Shown in pieces: positions 1 to 6,419 of a stretch of DNA of 9,574 nucleotides. Source of the DNA: Candidatus Baldrarchaeota archaeon (GTDB taxonomy: Archaea; Asgardarchaeota; Baldrarchaeia; Baldrarchaeales; DXJG01); contig JAEOSG010000096.1 of NCBI GenBank assembly GCA_016840485.1, positions 1 through 9,574 of the forward strand, written 5' to 3'. A program made the translations under genes and the position numbers. The first letter of the stretch is position 1, and every line of letters begins with the position of its first letter. A model generated the notes under the pieces. That model saw only the letters and a list, made by a program, of their open reading frames with translations. It did not search any database and was not told where the DNA came from.

Positions 1-2
1 AA

Positions 3-305
3 ATATTTAATTACTATGATGTGTATGAGAATGATTTTGAAATAGGTATTCCTGTTGGCTCATTGGCTGCGCAGTTTGCAGGTTTACCATCTTTCATCGA
101 ACCAGTAGTAAAAGGGCTTTGCATATCCCTCTCATGGGGTGAAACAGCCACACGCTACGTAAATGGCGGTCTACAGAACCATGGTGATTACCCTGCGGGG
201 TACGATATTTGGGAGCGGATATATGTTAGGGTTAGTAAATACCAGTATACTTATGGAAACTACGAGTTTAAGGTACCAGCAGGAATATACTTCGGATGCT
301 GGTAA
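3..305 (+). CDS. C-terminal part of an unidentified protein, truncated by the left window edge
   Basis: The frame stays open upstream of the listed GTG at 21 to the window edge (ATA TTT AAT TAC TAT GAT GTG...), reads ...YDVYENDFEIGIPVGSLAAQFAG...KVPAGIYFGCW and stops at TAA 303-305. No family recognised; it is rich in aromatic residues and beta-prone. Confidence 0.5.
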   Translation: MFNYYDVYENDFEIGIPVGSLAAQFAGLPSFIEPVVKGLCISLSWGETATRYVNGGLQNHGDYPAGYDIWERIYVRVSKYQYTYGNYEFKVPAGIYFGCW

Positions 306-319
306 TTTTTACCTAAAAC

Positions 320-330
320 TTTTATTTTTT
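320..330 (+). terminator. Possible archaeal T-rich transcription termination tract
   Basis: The TTTTATTTTTT-type run lies just after the stop at 305 and inside the gap between converging genes. Composition evidence only; this AT-rich genome has many such runs. Confidence 0.22.
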
Positions 331-407
331 AAGTTGTTAAATTTTAAAATAGTGTTAATAATTTAAAAATTGAAACATAAATCATTACGGTGCATCAAAT
401 GGTGTTA

Positions 408-1334
408 CTACAGCTCTAAAAGCTTAAAAGTTTCTTTTGCAAGTTTAATTTTACTTTCTAATGTTCTCATTATGGTATCTGTTACGTGTACTTTTATTCC
501 AATTTCTTCTATTTTAGGTTTTAAGTCTCTATCAACGTTGTCAATAACGAGTGTGTCAAGGAAGTCTTTGTAGATTTTTGCTATTCCTAGGGCTGAGACC
601 TCGATGCCTAAGCCTTGCATTAACTTGTCTGCGGGTCCCTTTATTGGGGCTCCTCTAACAATGGGGCTGATAGCTACGATTTTCGCTTTAGTTTTCTTCA
701 AGGCTTCTTTTACACCTTTAATAGAGAGAATGGGGCCTATACTTACAATGGGGTTGCTTGGACATATAATAATTCCATCAGCATTTAATATTGCTTCAAT
801 TACTCCTGGAGCTGGTTCAGCTCTTTCTATTCCTTCAAACTTCACATCTAAAACAGGGTCTTGCGCCTTTCTTTTAACCAAATATTCTTGAAAATGCATT
901 TCACCGACATTAGTAACAATTTTCGTCTGTACTTTGTCATCTGTCATTGGGATAATTTTTACCTTAACTCCTAGGGCTTTTCGAATTTTTTCTGTCACTT
1001 CTGAAAGCTTTAATCCGCTTTTTAACAGTAATGTTCTATGGATATGGGTTGCTAAGTCTTTGTCTCCAAGCATAAACCACGTTTCATAACCATATTTTCT
1101 AAGCATTTCTAAGCAATTGAAGGTGTCCCCGCGTATCCCCCAACCCTTTTCTTCATCAACAATTCCAGCAAGGGTGTAGGTAACTATGTCAACGTCAGGA
1201 GAAATATGTAAACCATAAAATTCTATGTCATCTCCCGTATTAACTATTGTAACAATTTCTTCAGGTGGAACAACGTGAACTAGTCCTTGTAGAAATCTTG
1301 CAGCACCTACTCCTCCAGCTAACGTGGTTATCAT
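408..1334 (-). CDS. cofD: 2-phospho-L-lactate transferase (coenzyme F420 biosynthesis)
   Basis: Protein begins MITTLAGGVGAARFLQGL and contains VNTGDDIEFYGLHISPDVDIVTYTLAG, WGIRGDTF, WFMLGDKDLATHIHRT, and ICPSNPIVSIGPIL, all typical of CofD. The ORF track starts at 1349 (TTG), but the ATG at 1334-1332 has GGGAGGG (complement of 1341-1347) six nt upstream and is the better start. Confidence 0.95.
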   Translation of the reverse strand: MITTLAGGVGAARFLQGLVHVVPPEEIVTIVNTGDDIEFYGLHISPDVDIVTYTLAGIVDEEKGWGIRGDTFNCLEMLRKYGYETWFMLGDKDLATHIHRTLLLKSGLKLSEVTEKIRKALGVKVKIIPMTDDKVQTKIVTNVGEMHFQEYLVKRKAQDPVLDVKFEGIERAEPAPGVIEAILNADGIIICPSNPIVSIGPILSIKGVKEALKKTKAKIVAISPIVRGAPIKGPADKLMQGLGIEVSALGIAKIYKDFLDTLVIDNVDRDLKPKIEEIGIKVHVTDTIMRTLESKIKLAKETFKLLEL

Positions 1335-1951
1335 TACCAACCCTCCCAATGCAAAACTTCTTCAATAGGTTTTCTCGGTGGAGGTGAAGGCTTCTCGTCT
1401 GGGTAGCCCACTTCTATTAATGCTTGAGGTTCTACATCCTCTGGGATATTTAAAACCTTCCTAACTATGTCCTTTGCGAAGAGAGGGGCACATCTCCAAC
1501 ATGCACCTAAACCCTCAATATGCGCAGCTAACAACAAGTTTTGAATTGCCGCCGCAACACTTTGAACAGCCATTACATACTCCGCTTTTTGCCTCCTCTC
1601 ATCGGGGTACTTATCCATATCACGCATGGTCAAACAAGCAATTATTAAAACTGGTGCACTAACCATTCTTTTAATGGAAGTTTTAACTCTTTCCTCACTC
1701 TCTTCTTTCGAAAAACCATTAGCTAAAAGATCTTCCCTAAATTTTTCACCCATACTTACTGCAAGCTTCTCCTTCATCTTCCCATCCCTTATTATTATGA
1801 AGTGCCATGGTTGAGCATTATGAGCCGATGGAGCCCATATAGCTGCTCTAATTAACCTCAATAAAACCTCTTTTTCAACACTTTTATCCTTGAATTGTCT
1901 AACGGTCCTTCTACCCTCAATCACCCTGTAAAAGTGTTCAATGTCATTCAT
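1334..1951 (-). CDS. Nitroreductase-family flavoprotein resembling the C-terminal domain of FbiB (putative dehydro-F420-0 reductase)
   Basis: Nitroreductase signatures: EGRRTVRQFKDKSV, RAAIWAPSAHNAQPWHFIII, AVQSVAAAIQNLLLAAHIEGLGACWRCAPLFAKDIVRKVLNIPEDVEPQALIEVGYPDE. The ATG at 1951 is a more likely start than the track's ATG at 1975, because a GGGATGG-like element precedes it and the family N-terminus aligns there. Confidence 0.9.
   Translation of the reverse strand: MNDIEHFYRVIEGRRTVRQFKDKSVEKEVLLRLIRAAIWAPSAHNAQPWHFIIIRDGKMKEKLAVSMGEKFREDLLANGFSKEESEERVKTSIKRMVSAPVLIIACLTMRDMDKYPDERRQKAEYVMAVQSVAAAIQNLLLAAHIEGLGACWRCAPLFAKDIVRKVLNIPEDVEPQALIEVGYPDEKPSPPPRKPIEEVLHWEGW
1341..1347 (-). promoter_or_regulatory. 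Shine-Dalgarno sequence for cofD inside the 3' end of the nitroreductase gene
   Basis: Minus-strand GGGAGGG, six nt before the cofD ATG. It overlaps the codons of the nitroreductase C-terminus HWEGW. Confidence 0.75.
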
Positions 1952-2125
1952 GGGACATCCATCCCTTCTAAACATATTTTATTAAGTGAGTAACTACTTG
2001 AAACTTAGCTAAGACTCAATTTAAAGAATATGGAAGCAAACTCATGAAAACTTGGAAGTTAAACTAATTGAAATAAAATAGAATAGCAATTTTGAACAGC
2101 ATCTGGCTCTATGTTTCAATGCACA

Positions 2126-2683
2126 TTATTTTTTAATGTTTATCAGCATTTCCTTTACGTACTCGACGTTTAGTATTAATGATACTATTATTGCCGAGAT
2201 TATTACTTCTAGGAAGGCTTTTCCAACGATTTGCAACGCAATAACCACCAGAGTTAATTGAAATGGTGCCCCACCGACAACTACAGCCCAGAAAACAATT
2301 GTTAAAACGATATACGGGGCTTCAACAATTTCACCGATTACTGCGCACAACACTGGCCAAAAACTGAGTTTTCTCTCCATTACCCTGAGCTTCTTTGCAA
2401 CTATTCCCGTTACTCCTGCTAGTATAGCGTTTCCAATAGGTATAAATGGTCCAGCGCCTCCAAAAGACCAAATATTGTATGCCATGATTAATGAGCCTAT
2501 GGCTCCCGTTATTGCTCCTTCCAACGGACCGAGCCCCACCGCTAGAAGTAAGTAGGGAAATTGAACTATTTGAAACACTACTGGAACTGGTCCAGGGATA
2601 ACTATTCTAAAGAACGATAGAACATTGCTAAGCGCAGCCATTATAGCTATTAAAGAGAGTGTTTTAACATTAAGTTTCGCCAC
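2126..2683 (-). CDS. ECF transporter S component-like integral membrane protein (substrate unknown)
   Basis: 185 aa, GTG start, GGTGG-type Shine-Dalgarno upstream on the minus strand. Highly hydrophobic with several predicted TM helices; SLIAIMAALSNVLSFFRI...VQFPYLLLAVGLGPLEGAITGAIGSLI follows the pattern of small S components such as the BioY/ThiT/RibU-like families. Confidence 0.72.
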   Translation of the reverse strand: MAKLNVKTLSLIAIMAALSNVLSFFRIVIPGPVPVVFQIVQFPYLLLAVGLGPLEGAITGAIGSLIMAYNIWSFGGAGPFIPIGNAILAGVTGIVAKKLRVMERKLSFWPVLCAVIGEIVEAPYIVLTIVFWAVVVGGAPFQLTLVVIALQIVGKAFLEVIISAIIVSLILNVEYVKEMLINIKK

Positions 2684-2874
2684 TTTAATCCACCTTTCCC
2701 AAAGGTCTAAGCAACCCTTTTTTAACCCTTAGCTTTAAGTTTTACTACTCATTTTTGAGAAACTTCGATAAACAACTCATCTCAACCTATATTTTACGTT
2801 AAAGTTCGAGACGGGGAACAATTAAATCCTACAAGTACCATTTTAATTATTAATAATATGTGTGAGGGACTTGA

Positions 2875-3336
2875 ATGAGTGTTGAAGAAAAACTCGAAAG
2901 TTTAGGTTTAAGTTTGCCTAAACCACCTAAACCTGTCGCCGCATATATACCCGCTGTAAAAACTGGAAATCTAATTTTCATTTCTGGACAAATTCCTGTA
3001 GTCGAAGGGAAATTGAAATATAAAGGGAAGGTTGGACGAAATCTCAGCGTCGAAGAAGGCTACGAAGCAGCTAAAATCTGCGTATTAAATGCTCTAAGCA
3101 TAATAAAAGATATGATCGGAAGCTTAGATAAGGTTAAACAAATTGTAAGAGTCGTAGGTTACGTTAATTGCTCAGACGACTTTGAGGAACCACATAAAGT
3201 TGTCAATGGAGCTTCTGAACTCTTAGTAAAAATTTTCGGCGAAAAGGGTAGACATGCAAGGCTGGCTCTCGGCTCAAACACGTTGCCTCTCGGAGCCGCC
3301 ATAGAACTAGAAATGATCGTAGAAGTAGAAGAATAA
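2875..3336 (+). CDS. RidA/YjgF/YER057c/UK114-family protein (reactive imine/enamine deaminase family)
   Basis: GNLIFISGQIPVVEGKLKYKGKVGRNLSVEEGYEAAKICVLNALSIIKDMIGSLDKVKQIVRVVGYVN...GRHARLALGSNTLPLGAAIELEMIVEVE is diagnostic of the family. ATG at 2875 with GAGGG upstream and a TATA-like AT-rich element further upstream. Confidence 0.92.
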   Translation: MSVEEKLESLGLSLPKPPKPVAAYIPAVKTGNLIFISGQIPVVEGKLKYKGKVGRNLSVEEGYEAAKICVLNALSIIKDMIGSLDKVKQIVRVVGYVNCSDDFEEPHKVVNGASELLVKIFGEKGRHARLALGSNTLPLGAAIELEMIVEVEE

Positions 3337-3529
3337 CTACATCAACACCATTAAAGTTGCATCATGTTACTTAATTATTCACAAGATACTGGGTAAGCAT
3401 AAAATTAGATGAAAATGCAAGGTACATACCTAAGGGGAGGAAGCTTTTGAATGGAAACTCTGATGTTTTAAATTTTGTAATTTCACTTGTAAAAACACCC
3501 AGCTTGCCCGGACAGGAAGGAAAAGTGGC

Positions 3530-3536
3530 AAAAAAA
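3530..3536 (+). other. A7 homopolymer at the first frameshift of the M20 gene
   Basis: Upstream frame reads GTG GCA AAA AAA TCT ACG ATG AAA TGA. Family-consistent reading needs GTG GCA AAA AAA ATC TAC GAT GAA ATG, i.e. one extra A or a -1 shift. Confidence 0.85.
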
Positions 3537-4199
3537 TCTACGATGAAATGAAAAAACTAGAATACGATGAAGTGTTTACCGATGAACTTGGCAGCGTTAT
3601 TGGAATTATTAACGGTAAACGTGGAAAAACTCTTTGCTTTAATGGTCATATGGATCATGTTCCTGAAGGTAATCCAAACAATTGGAAATATCCTCCATAC
3701 AGTGCAACAATTGAAGGTGGCAACCTATATGGTCGTGCTACAGTTGACATGAAAAGCACACTTGCAAGCATGATTTACGCAGCTGCAAAAGCCCGTGACA
3801 AAGAAATGCTAAATGGAAAAATCGTTGTTACAGCGGTGGTTTTCGAGGAGTTACAAGAAGGAATTGCCATGAAAAACATAGTTGAAAACCACAACATAAA
3901 TCCGGACATCGTAGTTTTAGGCGAACCAACAAACCTAAACTTAGCAATAGGACATAGGGGTCGAGCAGAAATAGAAATCACTGTATATGGGAAAACAAGT
4001 CACGCCAGCATGCCTGAGTTAGGCGATAATGCGGTTTTCAAAGCACTACCGCTTTTACAATTTTTAAAAAATATTAATAAAGAAATGCCGGAACACCCTG
4101 TTTTAGGAAAAGAAACCTTAGCTTTAACCAAAATAGTTTCAGAGCCACCAGAAGGCCCTATAATTCCAGATAAGTGTAGAATATTTTTAGATAGAAGAA

Positions 4200-4207
4200 T
4201 ATCTATC
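4200..4207 (+). repeat. Tandem 4-bp duplication TATC-TATC at the second frameshift of the M20 gene
   Basis: GAT AGA AGA A[TATC][TATC]AGTATTATC. Removing one TATC gives GAT AGA AGA ATA TCA GTA TTA TCA ACA AAG GAA GAA (DRRISVLSTKEE), continuous with the downstream fragment to 4628. Confidence 0.8.
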
Positions 4208-4716
4208 AGTATTATCAACAAAGGAAGAAATCCTTCGAGAAACACAGAAAATTCTAGACTCTATTTCAGATAAATTATCAAAAGACGATGTAAAATATAA
4301 GATTATAGAAACAAAGTTAAAATGTTATACTGGCTATACTCTAAAGGCAGAAAGATTCTTCTACAAATGGGTACTCGATAAAGAGGACCCCCTAGTAAAA
4401 AAGTCGATTAAAGCATTAGAAGAAACAGGTTTATCACCGGAAATAATGATATGGCGATTTGGAACAGATGGTTCATATACAGCCGGGGAAAAGGGGATTC
4501 CAACCATAGGGTTTGGCCCTGGAAATGAATATTTAGCACACCAACCAAATGAACACATTTCAATAAAAGACATACATAAAGCAGTAAACGGCTACATTTC
4601 ATTAACAAAAAACCTATTAGAAACTTAATAGACAATAATCTTTTTAACTGTGCGTAAATTTGTGAATACAAGATTTGAGACGCAATTTACCAAATATCCA
4701 TCTGTTTTCCAAAGTC

Positions 4717-4727
4717 TTAAATATAAA
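4717..4727 (+). promoter_or_regulatory. Candidate TATA box for the vapBC-like operon
   Basis: TTAAATATAAA about 30 nt upstream of the ATG at 4755. Archaeal TATA-like composition in an intergenic gap. Confidence 0.45.
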
Positions 4728-4737
4728 TTGATCAATT
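4726..4737 (+). promoter_or_regulatory. Perfect 12-bp palindrome AATTGATCAATT, candidate autoregulatory operator
   Basis: Exactly self-complementary; overlaps the downstream edge of the TATA-like element and lies 17 nt before the antitoxin ATG. Confidence 0.4.
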
Positions 4738-4754
4738 AAATAATTGGTGAAAGC

Positions 4755-5000
4755 ATGTCTAAATATACGTCCATCACAATAAAAAGAGAAGTTAAGGAAA
4801 AACTTGAAAAATTTAAGAAAAATAAGAGCTGGGATGAGTTCTTAATGAATTTATTGAAAGAATATGTGAGGCTTAAAAAAATTGAAGCTGCAAAGAAATT
4901 AGAGAAGTCTTTCACTAAAGAAGAGCTGAAAATCTTAGAAGATGTAATAAAGAGGGAAAAATTAAAATGGAAACTCAAGAAGCCAGAGGAGTTATTCTAG
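4755..5000 (+). CDS. VapB-like antitoxin (small ribbon-helix-helix-like DNA-binding protein)
   Basis: 81 aa: MSKYTSITIKREVKEKLEKFKKNKSWDEFLMNLLKEYVRLKK..., an N-terminal beta strand plus two helices followed by a charged tail, directly upstream of and overlapping a PIN-domain gene. GGTGA at 4746-4750 upstream. Confidence 0.82.
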   Translation: MSKYTSITIKREVKEKLEKFKKNKSWDEFLMNLLKEYVRLKKIEAAKKLEKSFTKEELKILEDVIKREKLKWKLKKPEELF

Positions 5001-5368
5001 ATACAGATGTCCTCATAGAACTCATAAAGGAAAAAAGGCTAAGCCAAATCATTGAGTTTATTGATCCACGTATAAGCTTTATAACATTATACGAATATCT
5101 GAGAGGATTAAAATATTTAAACAAGGATCTTAAAAAAGAAAAGGAGAAGATCGAAGAAAGCCTAACCATTTTATGGGTTAATAACGAAATATTAATTAAA
5201 ATGAGCGAAATCTGGTTTAAATTGAGAAAGAAAGGAGCAACAATAGATGAGAGAGACCTTTTGATAGGAGCAACAGCAATAACACATAATTTACCATTAT
5301 GGACACTAAATAAAAAACATTTTGCTAGACTAGAAAAATACGGCCTAAAACTTTACAAATCAACATGA
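4967..5368 (+). CDS. VapC-like PIN-domain ribonuclease toxin
   Basis: Conserved PIN acidic residues: VILDTDVLIELIK, ISFITLYEYLRGL, ATIDERDLLIGATAITHNLPLWTLNKKHFARLEKYGLKL. Overlaps the antitoxin ORF by 34 nt. Confidence 0.92.
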   Translation: METQEARGVILDTDVLIELIKEKRLSQIIEFIDPRISFITLYEYLRGLKYLNKDLKKEKEKIEESLTILWVNNEILIKMSEIWFKLRKKGATIDERDLLIGATAITHNLPLWTLNKKHFARLEKYGLKLYKST

Positions 5369-5532
5369 ACAAGAAATCTATTTCACCAAAGGACTATTAA
5401 CTGTATTTTAATTTAACTAGTAAGCTTTTACGTTTCTACAACGTCACGTCGATAAAATAATTAAACATTTCAGTCATAATTAAAACTAAGTTTTATGGGA
5501 ATCTAATAATAGAAGCTATAAAGGTGTATTAT

Positions 5533-6267
5533 TTGAACAAAAAGATACTTGCAACAGTTTTTCTAGTCTTAATAGTTGTAGTAGGTATCTATGCCGCACG
5601 AATGTTCTCAGCTAGTCAAAATAAATATATAATCCCGCTTTCAGATGAAGAAATCGAAAATATCTTAACTCTTCATATAATTGATGAAACCGATGAAGAA
5701 GCTACTCAAGTTGAGGACACACCTCCAGAGCCGGTTAATTATCCGCCAGTTAACATAACAAAGGTTAGTTTTGGAACTGATCAAGGCTATTTATATATAA
5801 AATTTGAGTTTCTAGGAGAAATACCAGTTAAAAAAGAAGATCCAGTAACTAAAATAACCGTTTGTATACTTATGGACACAGACGGCAACGATAGCGCAGG
5901 TTGGTGCGGATATGATGCACTCGTTGGTTTTTATGTCTTCTGGAGTTCACTGACAGACGAACAACACGTCGACGCAATTATGAAATATAATGTGCGTAGC
6001 GTTACAGATGAGGAAGAAGCCTTTAGAACTGCAGATCAGATGCCCGTTGAGTATAAAGGTGGACCAGGAACAAATTACGTAGTACTTCGTGTACCCATGG
6101 ACATTCTTGGCTTACAATCTGGACAACAAATAATTGTAGATATTCATGCAGAGGCAGAAAGCAAAACATATCACCATTATGCTTTTGATGCACTGAGATC
6201 CTCCCTATATGAATATGTCGGATCAGGAAACTATTTCTGGCACTCGCTACAAATACCTATTCCTTAA
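5533..6267 (+). CDS. Membrane-anchored or secreted protein of unknown function, beta-rich ectodomain
   Basis: One N-terminal hydrophobic segment (KKILATVFLVLIVVVGIYAARMF), then a Glu/Asp/Pro-rich linker and a beta-rich domain (ITKVSFGTDQGYLYIKFEFLG...ITVCILMDTDGNDSAGWCGYDALVGFYVFW). Track start is GTG 5524, but the GGTG at 5523-5526 looks like a Shine-Dalgarno for TTG at 5533. Confidence 0.75.
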   Translation: MNKKILATVFLVLIVVVGIYAARMFSASQNKYIIPLSDEEIENILTLHIIDETDEEATQVEDTPPEPVNYPPVNITKVSFGTDQGYLYIKFEFLGEIPVKKEDPVTKITVCILMDTDGNDSAGWCGYDALVGFYVFWSSLTDEQHVDAIMKYNVRSVTDEEEAFRTADQMPVEYKGGPGTNYVVLRVPMDILGLQSGQQIIVDIHAEAESKTYHHYAFDALRSSLYEYVGSGNYFWHSLQIPIP

Positions 6268-6419
6268 ATTCACCATTTTGCAATCATTAAATCGGTCAAT
6301 GCCTAGTAGACACGATCTGGATAATTGAAAGTGGAATATTTTTCAGCTACTTTAAGATAATATTTCTTAAGGGTTGGTATCTATATTTTATACAGTTTTG
6401 GGAGTATGGAGGTGTGTTG

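Larger units (their letters stand above)
3447..4628 (+). pseudogene. M20-family metallohydrolase (ArgE/DapE superfamily, YgeY-like), interrupted by two frameshifts
   Basis: Three fragments in order: frame of 3447 (TTG NGNSDVLNFVISLVKTPSLPGQEGKVAKK), frame of 3548 (IYDEMKKLEYDEVFTDELGSVIG...FNGHMDHVPEG...LYGRATVDMKST...VVFEELQEG...LGEPTNL...RGRAEIEITVYGKTSHAS...LDRRIS), frame of 4446 (VLSTKEEILRETQKILDSISDKL...CYTGYTLKAERFF...MIWRFGTDGSYTAGEKGIPTIGFGPGNEYLAHQPNEHISIKDI...LLET*). GGGGAGG (3434-3440) precedes the TTG. The metal-ligand and catalytic motifs all appear present. It could be a real pseudogene or a functional gene with sequence/assembly errors. Confidence 0.85.

Noticed and set aside
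163-366. 67-aa plus-strand ORF overlapping the first partial CDS
   Set aside because: Overlaps the better-supported frame and has low-complexity KLLFFKLLNFKIVLII composition; no family features.
370-891. Plus-strand ORFs at 370-573 and 604-891 opposite cofD
   Set aside because: They are antisense shadows of a strongly supported cofD gene and carry no independent motifs.
1474-1814. Plus-strand ORFs opposite the nitroreductase
   Set aside because: Antisense to a clear family match; no signatures of their own.
2684-2874. Divergent intergenic region examined for a riboswitch controlling the ECF-like gene
   Set aside because: No recognisable TPP, FMN or cobalamin riboswitch core could be identified by eye; only AT-rich promoter-like sequence.
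3567-4245. Alternative ORFs 3567-3752 (+), 3775-3981 (-) and 4000-4245 (-) inside the M20 region
   Set aside because: They overlap the conserved M20 reading, which explains the region better.
4361-4671. ORFs 4361-4573 (-) and 4408-4671 (+)
   Set aside because: They overlap the 3' fragment of the M20 gene, which contains the family motifs FGTDGSY and HQPNEHIS.
4736-5169. Minus-strand ORFs opposite vapBC
   Set aside because: Antisense to the well-supported antitoxin/toxin pair; Phe/Ser-rich shadow of Lys/Glu-rich coding sequence.
5369-5523. Short direct repeat ACGTCACGTC in the gap between vapC and the anchored protein gene
   Set aside because: Only 5-nt units repeated once and no symmetry; not distinguishable from chance.
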